Positions 27,667 to 36,185 of a DNA stretch of 57,746 nt are shown here, one piece after another. Under the pieces are notes generated by a model. The model saw only the letters and a program-made list of their open reading frames with translations, was not told the DNA's origin and searched no databases. The stretch lies in the NCBI GenBank assembly GCA_964520055.1, contig CAZFME010000003.1, positions 1-57,746 on the forward strand, in the 5' to 3' direction. The stretch comes from an uncultured Clostridia bacterium. GTDB lineage: Bacteria > Bacillota > Thermosediminibacteria > Thermosediminibacterales > Tepidanaerobacteraceae. The position numbers were made by a program, and so were the translations under genes. Position 1 is the first letter of the stretch, and each line of letters starts with the position of its first letter.

Positions 27667-27687
27667 TTACTCATCTATGATGAGTAA
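27667..27687. promoter_or_regulatory. Perfect 21-bp palindrome (candidate operator) in front of the B12 module
   Basis: TTACTCATC-TAT-GATGAGTAA, arms exact reverse complements. Lies between the regulator stop (27647) and the SD (27688-27699) of the 77-aa gene. Confidence 0.5.
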
Positions 27688-27704
27688 AGAGGGGAGAAGA
27701 TGTA

Positions 27705-27938
27705 ATGTTGGATATTATGGAAAAAGTTTTGGACGCTGTAGATTTGGAAATGTATTTAGTTTGCAAAGATGAAATTGAGGCAGAAAAATTTACAATAGAA
27801 TTAATGAACAAATTGGGGTTTCAAGATATATCCGTAGTTTTTATCGAGCATCAGGGACCGGGTGCAAGGGTTAGAGCCAGGGGATATATATATAAACCAG
27901 GTGACCGTTATGGTTGGCTTTTTAACCAAGGTTATTAA
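27705..27938 (+). CDS. Small protein (77 aa) of unknown function, first gene of the B12 module
   Basis: SD AGAGGGGAG. ORF ends 17 nt before the 605-aa gene. No motif recognised. Confidence 0.5.
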   Translation: MLDIMEKVLDAVDLEMYLVCKDEIEAEKFTIELMNKLGFQDISVVFIEHQGPGARVRARGYIYKPGDRYGWLFNQGY

Positions 27939-27955
27939 GGAAGGGGAATGTTTCG

Positions 27956-29773
27956 ATGGAAAAGAAGAAAATCTTGTTAGCACCTCTTGACCCTGTTCAT
28001 GATATCGGCCTTAAAATGATTAAGAGGGGATTGGAACAGAAAGGCCATGAAGCTTTACTTATGCCTCCGGATTATTCACAAGAAGAAATAATCAAATCCA
28101 TTATAGATAATAATGCAGATATTGTTTTAGTGAGCCGTACTCTTGGATACGGCGTGGCAGAAATTTTGGGGAGATTTATTGATTTGGCTGAAGCGGCTGA
28201 CATAAGAGATAAGGTGAAAATCGGTATAGGTGGAATGGCGATACGACCTGAACTCGCCGCAGAATTAGGTTTTGATGCCGGATTCGGACCTGGTACTACC
28301 GTAGCAGAAGCAGTAGCCTTTGTGGAAGGAAGAGATTACATTCCAGAAGAAACTAGAGGTAAAAAAAGCAAGAAAGACATTACCGAAGGATATAATTATA
28401 TTTTTCACAATAAAAATATTGAAAAACTGTTGGATTCAATAGTCGACGAAATTCTGGATTACGTAAACAATAAAACGACTACTGCCATTCAGAGGGCAGA
28501 GATACGCAGACAAATACTGGAGAGTAATAATGAATTGGAAAGACAAAAACTCCGTGCGGACTATTCAAAGCTATGTGATGATGTAATTAAAGCTTTTTAT
28601 GAATCAGGCAAATACCGCGAAAAAACCCGTCCACTGACTGATGACGAAGTAAATGCTCTTAATCGATATGTAGATGAAGTGAACTTGCGAATGAATCCTT
28701 TACAGTTGCAGCATACTGACAAAAATCCTGTAGTCTTTATTCAATATGGAACAGGATGTCCATTCATGGATATTGCTCATATTAAATCATGTGAAGCTTG
28801 GGGCGCAGATGGAGCAGTGCACTTTGATCCATCTTGGGGTGCACGAACAGAAGGTTTTTTAGAGGGGTATATAACTCATGAGGAAGACGGTTCTGTTATA
28901 ACTTATGAGAACCTGAAAAGTATCCGGACATCCTTGATACCCAATACCCTTTGGCAAGTTAGAGCTCACCGGGGACTGAACACTCCGGAAACGGTCTTAT
29001 TGGCCGGAAAAATTGGGGCAGATTTAACCAAAATAAATATTGCCTATGGTTCATTAGGGGGAGGTACCGATCCTGAACGTCTTACTGTAGATGCAGTAGA
29101 GGCTATCAAGTATGCAGCTGAATTTCATATGCCCTTTGATGTAGTGACCAATGAGGAACTTTGCGGCGTCCCCGCTTATAAAGCTTTTGCAGGAATGCTG
29201 ATAGTATCAAAACTTGGTTTGCGGCTTGGAGGCAAACCTATTCTCCAGCCCTTATTTTGTTACTCACCGGAGGTCATGATTAGCGGCCAAATGGAAAATA
29301 ACTATGTAGATTTTAATGCGGCAAAAATATATTGCCTTAGAAATATTGTCAACGCTCCTATATGGTGTGGTGCTCCCATCGGATTCTTAACCCAAACCGA
29401 AGATCGTGTGCAATCATCACTGATGACGGCACTTCATGCATCTCTTGCTTCTTCACTGGGTGTTGATGGTATTTCCATAGCTTCCTCCGATGAAGCTTTT
29501 TCCAAAGGACCTATAACCGCTCCCGCCAGAATTGATACTTTAAGAGCAACCCAGGCATCTTTTAGATTTTTTGGGCAATCCAATATTGTTCCCACCGATA
29601 ATGCTCAAAAATGGGCTGAAGAAATAGAAGATGGGATAGAAAAGGTACTGGAGTCAGTAGTAAAAAACGGGAATTTTATCGATGCACTATATCAAGGCAT
29701 ACTTGGAAGCAGGGAAGACGGTGCATATCCTGGAAGAGCAGGCAGAAATTCGGTAATAAAACAACTCCATTAA
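27956..29773 (+). CDS. Cobalamin-binding domain fused N-terminally to an aminomutase-like large domain (605 aa)
   Basis: aa 1-130: LDPVHDIG (MetH-like VHDIG), VSRTL (SxL), IGIGGMA (GG), ELGFDAGFGPGT. C-terminal tail GILGSREDGAYPGRAGRNSV resembles the tails of KamD/OraE-type barrels (from memory). Confidence 0.7.
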   Translation: MEKKKILLAPLDPVHDIGLKMIKRGLEQKGHEALLMPPDYSQEEIIKSIIDNNADIVLVSRTLGYGVAEILGRFIDLAEAADIRDKVKIGIGGMAIRPELAAELGFDAGFGPGTTVAEAVAFVEGRDYIPEETRGKKSKKDITEGYNYIFHNKNIEKLLDSIVDEILDYVNNKTTTAIQRAEIRRQILESNNELERQKLRADYSKLCDDVIKAFYESGKYREKTRPLTDDEVNALNRYVDEVNLRMNPLQLQHTDKNPVVFIQYGTGCPFMDIAHIKSCEAWGADGAVHFDPSWGARTEGFLEGYITHEEDGSVITYENLKSIRTSLIPNTLWQVRAHRGLNTPETVLLAGKIGADLTKINIAYGSLGGGTDPERLTVDAVEAIKYAAEFHMPFDVVTNEELCGVPAYKAFAGMLIVSKLGLRLGGKPILQPLFCYSPEVMISGQMENNYVDFNAAKIYCLRNIVNAPIWCGAPIGFLTQTEDRVQSSLMTALHASLASSLGVDGISIASSDEAFSKGPITAPARIDTLRATQASFRFFGQSNIVPTDNAQKWAEEIEDGIEKVLESVVKNGNFIDALYQGILGSREDGAYPGRAGRNSVIKQLH

Positions 29774-29817
29774 ATAGATTCTTATAATATATTTATAAGC
29801 TTTAGTGTAGGGGGTTA

Positions 29818-30900
29818 ATGATGAGCATAATAATCGGTATAGCTGGAACTGCCAAAAACACCGGTAAAACTACCACCACATTTGCCATACTTGATGAGTT
29901 GTACAAGAACAAAACATCGGTAGCATTGACCAGTATTGGTTATGACGGGGAAGAAATAGACAATATTACAAGATTACCAAAACCTCGTATATTTGTCAAA
30001 CAAGACACTATTTTGGCCACTGCTCAAAAATGCCTCAATGCAGGAAGTGCTGACTACGATATACTGGAAACAACTGATATCATGACACCACTTGGTAGAA
30101 TATATATCGTAAGAGTTGTTAAAGAAGGCCTGGCAGTAGTTGCAGGACCTAATAAAGGCAGCCAATTAAAATATGTCGCAAACAAAATGATTAATGATTT
30201 TAGGTGCAATGTAGTCCTTGTTGATGGTGCTTTAAACCGAATTGCGCCAATGATAGAAACCAATGGTATTATTCTTGCAACCGGTGCATCACGAAATGTT
30301 AATATTGATATTTTAGCTGAAGAAACCAAAGCTTTGCATGAGTTGCTTAATTTACCCGAGGTGTCAAAAGATGAATTGCAATATTTTATAGATATCAAAA
30401 AAATAGCCCTTTCCCCCAGAAATATAAATGAAAAAACATATTTTCTTAATTACGGTTCGCTGATAGATAATAAAACAATATGTGAAATAATTGATAAAAT
30501 CAACGACATAGGAACAGTTTTTATACCTGCACTAATATCGGAATATGCACTCAAAAAACTTAACGATGGTTTAGACAAACTGTGGGCAAATAAAACATTA
30601 GTTATTAAAGACCCTATAAAATTAATTACCGGAGGAAACCCTGAAATTCTATTAAAAGAAATAAATAAGATAAAGTTTAACGGCGGGAATGTAAGAACCT
30701 TGAAAAATCTCCCCTTACTAGCCATTACCGTAAATCCCTTTTATCCAAAGTATCGATTTGATAAAAACAGTTACGAGCCAGGTTACATTGACAGGGAAAA
30801 ATTATTGGAAAAAATGAGAACTTCTGTTAACATTCCTGTAATAGATATAAAACATGAGGGGCCTTTAAAATTGTTGGAAACCATATTAAGTCGTGTATAA
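29818..30900 (+). CDS. P-loop NTPase of unknown family (360 aa)
   Basis: N-terminal GIAGTAKNTGKTTTT Walker-A variant (Mur-ligase/MobB/cDPG-synthetase-like GTxxxxGKT), later VLVDGALNR. SD GGGGG. Confidence 0.5.
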   Translation: MMSIIIGIAGTAKNTGKTTTTFAILDELYKNKTSVALTSIGYDGEEIDNITRLPKPRIFVKQDTILATAQKCLNAGSADYDILETTDIMTPLGRIYIVRVVKEGLAVVAGPNKGSQLKYVANKMINDFRCNVVLVDGALNRIAPMIETNGIILATGASRNVNIDILAEETKALHELLNLPEVSKDELQYFIDIKKIALSPRNINEKTYFLNYGSLIDNKTICEIIDKINDIGTVFIPALISEYALKKLNDGLDKLWANKTLVIKDPIKLITGGNPEILLKEINKIKFNGGNVRTLKNLPLLAITVNPFYPKYRFDKNSYEPGYIDREKLLEKMRTSVNIPVIDIKHEGPLKLLETILSRV

Positions 30901-30925
30901 CTATAATAAAACGGAGGTTTAAATC

Positions 30926-31621
30926 ATGGAAACTGTGGCTATTATAGGTACAGGCCGCATGGGCAGCCTTATAGCCCGTAAAATATACTCCCATTATAAT
31001 ATGATTTTAATAGATAAAGACTTGAGACAATGCGGCCTATTGGCAAAAGAGACAGCTGGGTTAGCTACTTCTGAGTATTCTGCCCTATCACTTTCCGACT
31101 ACATTATTATAGCTCTACCGGCTACTGTGATTCCAGAAGTTATACAAAAAATAAAATCTTTTGTTGTAAAAGAACACATACTCATAAATATTTCGACAGA
31201 TACGGAAAAACCGGTGTTTGAATCTCTAAAAGGCTTATGTAAGCTAACCGCCGCAAAGATTATAGGGCATGCTCAACACATGGCTACCACCGATGAATTA
31301 CCGCTTATTATTATAGACGGAGAGGACCCGGATACATCTAATAAAACAGCAAATATTTTTGCAAAACTGGGCACCGTGTGTTTTGGTGATGAAAAAACGG
31401 TAAAAAACATCAACAATATAGCCAGTGAAGAGGGTATTAAAGCTGCTTTAAGTATTAAAAAAAGACTTGAAGAAACTGATGTTCCATCAGAATATATAAG
31501 TTTTGCAATTAGAAATGTAGCCTGTGGTACCATGAATGCATACGCATTAGGCGATGGGGGGCCTTTTGCACAAAAAATAATAAAAAAACTGAAAAAGAGC
31601 GGGAAAACTGATTCACTTTAG
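30926..31621 (+). CDS. ProC-like NAD(P)-binding Rossmann oxidoreductase (231 aa)
   Basis: VAIIGTGRMGSLIARKI dinucleotide motif and IIALPATVIPEV, as in pyrroline-5-carboxylate reductase / F420-type NADP oxidoreductase N-domains. SD GGAGG. Confidence 0.6.
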   Translation: METVAIIGTGRMGSLIARKIYSHYNMILIDKDLRQCGLLAKETAGLATSEYSALSLSDYIIIALPATVIPEVIQKIKSFVVKEHILINISTDTEKPVFESLKGLCKLTAAKIIGHAQHMATTDELPLIIIDGEDPDTSNKTANIFAKLGTVCFGDEKTVKNINNIASEEGIKAALSIKKRLEETDVPSEYISFAIRNVACGTMNAYALGDGGPFAQKIIKKLKKSGKTDSL

Positions 31622-31634
31622 AATCAGTTTTTTT
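31604..31634 (+). terminator. Rho-independent terminator closing the B12 module
   Basis: AAAACTGATTC-ACTTTA-GAATCAGTTTT then TTT. The stop codon lies in the loop/3' arm. Confidence 0.85.
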
Positions 31635-31831
31635 ACCTTTCACATTTATAAAAGATTACTTTTGCAGGCTTGAACGAACGAAAACAAAAGGGCTTTTACG
31701 AGACATCATCAGCTTCAATACAAATAAAGTTAGCGCTTTAGGGTTAAGTAGAATTTTTAATAAAACCTTGATCAAAAAGCAGGAAAAAATGCAGGATGTG
31801 TATAATATAAGAATTTAAAAAGGAGAGTCCA

Positions 31832-32548
31832 TTGTTGCAAATGCGGTTGCAAAAATATTTATCCAGGGCCGGTGTTGCCTCACGACGAAAAAGTGAAGAT
31901 TTAATTCTTCAAGGTAGGGTTAAGGTTAATGGGAAAGTTGTCAATAAACTAGGAGCAAAAGTTGATCCTGATGAGGACCGGATAGAGGTTGACGGCAAAA
32001 TCCGCCAAATAAAAAAGCATTATATATATATAATCATGAACAAGCCTAAAGGAATCCTCACAACAGTAAAAGACCAATTTGGAAGGCCAACTGTAATTGA
32101 TCTGCTAAAAGGCGTGAATGAAAGGGTTTTTCCGGTCGGGCGCTTGGATAAAGATACAGAAGGACTTTTATTGTTAACAAATGATGGAGAGGTGACTTAT
32201 AAACTTACTCATCCAAAATACGAAATAGCAAAAGCTTATGTAGCCCAAATAAGGGGAGTTGTGAGTAATGAAGATATAAAAACTTTAGAACAGGGGGTGA
32301 TTCTTGAAGATGGGATCACTTCCCCGGCTAAGGTTAAAATACTAAAAAACTTGCATGACTCAACAATAATTGAAATAAAAATCCATGAAGGAAGAAATAG
32401 ACAGATTAGACGAATGTGTTATGCTATATGTCATCCTGTTATATATTTACAAAGAACAAGAATAGGAAAACTTTCATTAAAGGATTTAAAAATCGGTAAG
32501 TGGAGATATTTAAATCCAAAGGAAATAAAGTATATAAGAAGTCTTTAA
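31832..32548 (+). CDS. rluB: 23S rRNA pseudouridine synthase, RluB/RsuA family
   Basis: S4 domain (RLQKYLSRAGVASRRKSEDLI) plus the catalytic GRLDKDTEGLLLLTNDG motif. True start may be TTG 31835 or ATG 31841. Confidence 0.9.
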   Translation: MLQMRLQKYLSRAGVASRRKSEDLILQGRVKVNGKVVNKLGAKVDPDEDRIEVDGKIRQIKKHYIYIIMNKPKGILTTVKDQFGRPTVIDLLKGVNERVFPVGRLDKDTEGLLLLTNDGEVTYKLTHPKYEIAKAYVAQIRGVVSNEDIKTLEQGVILEDGITSPAKVKILKNLHDSTIIEIKIHEGRNRQIRRMCYAICHPVIYLQRTRIGKLSLKDLKIGKWRYLNPKEIKYIRSL

Positions 32549-32560
32549 GCTAAAGGAGTT

Positions 32561-33031
32561 ATGGAATTGATTATTATTCGAAAAGCTATACCCAGTGATG
32601 AACATATACTAAAAGAGATATTACAAAAGGCCAGCCTTTTTTCATCTAAATCAAATGATTATCAAAAAAATATGATGGTTATCGAAACCGAGGACTCCTT
32701 GGCAGGATGTGGAGGTGTAGATATAATTGAAGATATTGCTATATTAAAATACCTATACATCCTGCCGGAATACAGGGGACAAGGTTTTGGAGACGGTCTG
32801 ACAAGGGCATTGATAAATTATGTTGATCGTAGAAACATTAAAAAGGTATACTTATTGTTAGGAAAATCGATGGATTATTTTAAACGCTTTGGATTCAAAA
32901 CTATTAGTAAAGAAGACGTTAAGGAAAAATTTGCAGCAATGGAAAATCATCAAATAGATCCAACTAAATTTCCATATATTATGGAATTGGATGTTGAGGA
33001 GTTCTTTAATAATAGACAGTGTCATTGTTAA
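32561..33031 (+). CDS. GNAT family N-acetyltransferase
   Basis: 156 aa with acetyl-CoA motif A YRGQGFGDGLTRALINYV. Confidence 0.8.
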   Translation: MELIIIRKAIPSDEHILKEILQKASLFSSKSNDYQKNMMVIETEDSLAGCGGVDIIEDIAILKYLYILPEYRGQGFGDGLTRALINYVDRRNIKKVYLLLGKSMDYFKRFGFKTISKEDVKEKFAAMENHQIDPTKFPYIMELDVEEFFNNRQCHC

Positions 33032-33124
33032 GTATTTAAGTGAGATTTGCATTAAGAAAACCCTCGTTCTTTGCATTTGGCGGCAGGCTATTTTGTCTAA
33101 TCATTTTTAGGGTAAAAGTTAAAC

Positions 33125-33162
33125 AAATGCATATTTGAGTGTTTAATGCATATTTGATATAA
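33125..33162 (+). promoter_or_regulatory. speE promoter overlapped by two 13-nt direct repeats
   Basis: AATGCATATTTGA occurs at 33125-33137 and 33144-33156. TTGAGT (33134-33139), 17 nt, TGATATAAT (33154-33162). Confidence 0.5.
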
Positions 33163-33196
33163 TTTTTCCGAAATATATAATGAAATTATTAGGGGA

Positions 33197-34030
33197 GTGA
33201 AGAATTTGGAACTCTGGTTTTCAGAATACCAAACAAAAAACGTTAAATTATCATTTAGAGTAAAGGATGTTCTTTACACAAAGCAAAGTGAGTATCAATA
33301 TATATCTGTTTTTGAAACAGAAGATTTCGGAAGGATTTTAGCATTAGATGACGTAGTAATGCTCACTACAAAAGATGAATTTGTCTATCATGAAATGATT
33401 TCCCATGTCCCCTTATTGACACACGGCAATGTATCAAGGGCTCTGGTTATAGGCGGTGGCGACGGAGGAACCGTTAGAGAGCTTTTAAAACACCCCATAA
33501 AGGAAGTAAATTTAGTAGAAATTGACCAGGAAGTCATAGAAGCATCAAAGAAATACTTCCCTTCTGTAAGCTCCGGTTTATCCGATCCCCGAGTAAAAAT
33601 ATTTTTTGAAGACGGAATTGAATTCATTAAAAAGAATAAAGGTTATGATGTAATAATAATAGACTCTCCAGATCCCATAGGTCCCGCCGTAGGATTGTTT
33701 TCCGGTGAGTTTTATAAAAATGTTTTCGAGGCATTGAATGAAAATGGAATTATGGTTGCCCAGACAGAAACGCCTATCTTATTTGGCGATTTGATAAAAA
33801 GGCTTTATAAGGATATGTCATCGGTTTTTCCTTATACAAATTTATATTCAGCGGTTATACCTACGTATCCCGGTGCTTTTTGGACTTTTACCATGGGATC
33901 AAAAACCATAAATCCTATTTCACGGGAAATCAGTGCTACACCGGTTCTTAAAACCAAATATTATATCAGAGAACTGCATAGAAGTTATTTTATACTACCT
34001 CCTTTTGTAAAAGACCTAATTTCTGAATAG
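33197..34030 (+). CDS. speE: Spermidine synthase (polyamine aminopropyltransferase)
   Basis: LWFSE..., GGGDGGTVRE and DSPDPIGPA motifs. SD AGGGGAG (33191-33197) favours TTG 33206 as the start. Confidence 0.95.
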   Translation: MKNLELWFSEYQTKNVKLSFRVKDVLYTKQSEYQYISVFETEDFGRILALDDVVMLTTKDEFVYHEMISHVPLLTHGNVSRALVIGGGDGGTVRELLKHPIKEVNLVEIDQEVIEASKKYFPSVSSGLSDPRVKIFFEDGIEFIKKNKGYDVIIIDSPDPIGPAVGLFSGEFYKNVFEALNENGIMVAQTETPILFGDLIKRLYKDMSSVFPYTNLYSAVIPTYPGAFWTFTMGSKTINPISREISATPVLKTKYYIRELHRSYFILPPFVKDLISE

Positions 34031-34042
34031 AGGAGAGTAAAT

Positions 34043-34906
34043 TTGAACATTTTTGATCATTTGTATAACCAAGATAGATTTCTCGAAGCGAAACATGCTT
34101 ACAGCAATACTAAAATTGTTATCATAGGTGTGCCCATGGATTTCACGGTGAGTTTCCGGCCTGGCGCACGATTTGGTCCTAAAAAAATACGTGAAGCTTC
34201 CTATGGGTTGGAGAATTATAGTGTTTATGCTGATGATTCGCTTGAAAACAAAAGATTTTTCGATGCCGGAGATGTGGACATCCCCTTCGGTAACGTTGAA
34301 AAAAGTCTTGATATTATAGGTGATGTTGCAAAAAAATTTTTGGATGACGGCAAAATCCCTCTATTTTTAGGGGGAGAACACCTTATAAGTTATCCTATAA
34401 TAAAAGAAGTCGTAGAAAATTATCCAGATCTTGTTATAGTTCATTTTGATGCCCATGCAGATTTAAGAGATAGTTATTTAGGAGAGAAACTATCTCATGC
34501 TACTGTCTTGCGAAGGATTTCGGAACATATTAAAGATAAGCATATTTATCAATTTGGTATAAGGTCTGGCATAGAAGAAGAGTTTTTATATGCAAAACAA
34601 CATACTCATATGTATCCTTTAGAAGTTAAAACTCCTTTTTTAAAAGCCCTTCAAGCTTTAAAGAATCGACCCATATATATAACATTAGATATTGATGTGG
34701 TAGATCCGGCTTTTGCTCCAGGTACCGGTACCCCTGAGCCGGGAGGATGTAGTGCTCAGGAAATATTAGAAGTTGTATCTAATTTTAAAGAGTTAAATAT
34801 TGTAGGATTTGATTTGGTAGAAGTTTCACCCGCCAATGACTTATCTGAAAGAACTTCACTTTTAGCAGCTAAAATATTACGAGAATTATTAATTGTGTTA
34901 GGATAA
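34043..34906 (+). CDS. speB: Agmatinase
   Basis: Ureohydrolase Mn-binding motifs HFDAHADLR, DIDVVDPAFAPGTGTPEPGG and GFDLVEVSP. Confidence 0.93.
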   Translation: MNIFDHLYNQDRFLEAKHAYSNTKIVIIGVPMDFTVSFRPGARFGPKKIREASYGLENYSVYADDSLENKRFFDAGDVDIPFGNVEKSLDIIGDVAKKFLDDGKIPLFLGGEHLISYPIIKEVVENYPDLVIVHFDAHADLRDSYLGEKLSHATVLRRISEHIKDKHIYQFGIRSGIEEEFLYAKQHTHMYPLEVKTPFLKALQALKNRPIYITLDIDVVDPAFAPGTGTPEPGGCSAQEILEVVSNFKELNIVGFDLVEVSPANDLSERTSLLAAKILRELLIVLG

Positions 34907-34920
34907 ATAAGGGTGATAAA

Positions 34921-36168
34921 ATGTCTAAAGAAATACTAAGGGTCGAAAAGCTTTGTTTTAAATATAATAGTGCAGATATTCTTAAAGACATCAGTTTCAC
35001 TTTGGAGATAGGAGATTTTGTAGGAATTTTGGGTCCTAACGGCTCTGGTAAAACCACCCTACTCAAAAACATCAATCGTTGGCTTAAGCCACATGAGGGA
35101 AATGTTTATATTGACGGATCGAATATTTTAAAAATTCGTGTTAAAGATTTAGCAAAATGGGTGGCTACAGTTCCCCAAGGTGTGTATTTAGATATAGGAT
35201 TTACAGCAGAGCAGATAGTATCAATGGGGAGAAATCCCCATCTTAAAAGCTTTGAGCCAGAACGGTCAAAGGATTTTGCTATAATTGAAGATTCTATGAA
35301 AGCTATGGATGTGCTGCATCTAAAAAATAAGCCTACTTATCAATTAAGCGGTGGAGAAAAACAAAGAGTATTAATAGCCAGAGCTCTGGCACAGCAGCCT
35401 ATTTTACTTCTCTTAGATGAACCTACCTCTCATCTTGACATTAATTACCAATGGGAACTGCTCGAACTTTTGAAAAAATTATGTGTTGAAAAATCTTTAA
35501 CTATTTTAGTAGTGCTTCACGATATAAACCTAGCATCGATGTTTTGCAATAAAATAATTCTTCTAAAAGAACATAAAATATTTAAGATGGGCACCTTAAC
35601 AGAAGTGTTGAATGAGCAGAATATAAAAGAAGTTTTTAATATGGATGCCCGTGTTGGCTTTCCAAAAGGCAGAGAACAACCGGTTATTATTTTTTTAAAT
35701 CCAGCAGATGAAGATACTCTCCCCAAACCCTTTCAAAGTCTTCACGTGATATGTGGTGGTGGAGAAGGGGAGAAATTGTTATACTACTTAAGCCAAAGAG
35801 GCTACAAGGTTTCTACAGGAGTTTTAAACAAAGGTGATACCGATTGGAAAATTGCTCGACTTTTAGGGTTTACCATTGTTGAAGAGATCCCCTTTTCACC
35901 TATTACTGACGAAAAAATATTAGAAAACACTTCTCATATCAATAAGTCCGATGCAGTAATTTTAGCTAATATCCCCTTTGGTTTCGGCAACTTAAAGAAC
36001 CTTACGTGTTTGAGACAACTGGTTGCTCAAAAAAGAACATTTATTTTGGAGGAAAAAGGTATTGATAAGAGAGACTATACCAATGGCCAAGCTGCCAAAA
36101 TATATAATGAAATTAAAGAAAGAGCAACAGTTTTATATTCAATGGAAGAGCTGAGAAAGATAATATGA
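34921..36168 (+). CDS. ABC transporter ATP-binding protein (FepC/BtuD-like) with an extra ~150-aa C-terminal domain
   Basis: GPNGSGKTT (Walker A), LSGGEKQR, LLLLDEPTSHLD, VLHDIN. aa 265-415 (HVICGGGEGEKLLYYL...) form an additional Rossmann-like domain. No permease or binding-protein gene nearby. Confidence 0.8.
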   Translation: MSKEILRVEKLCFKYNSADILKDISFTLEIGDFVGILGPNGSGKTTLLKNINRWLKPHEGNVYIDGSNILKIRVKDLAKWVATVPQGVYLDIGFTAEQIVSMGRNPHLKSFEPERSKDFAIIEDSMKAMDVLHLKNKPTYQLSGGEKQRVLIARALAQQPILLLLDEPTSHLDINYQWELLELLKKLCVEKSLTILVVLHDINLASMFCNKIILLKEHKIFKMGTLTEVLNEQNIKEVFNMDARVGFPKGREQPVIIFLNPADEDTLPKPFQSLHVICGGGEGEKLLYYLSQRGYKVSTGVLNKGDTDWKIARLLGFTIVEEIPFSPITDEKILENTSHINKSDAVILANIPFGFGNLKNLTCLRQLVAQKRTFILEEKGIDKRDYTNGQAAKIYNEIKERATVLYSMEELRKII

Positions 36169-36185
36169 TATTGGAGGGCCAATCC

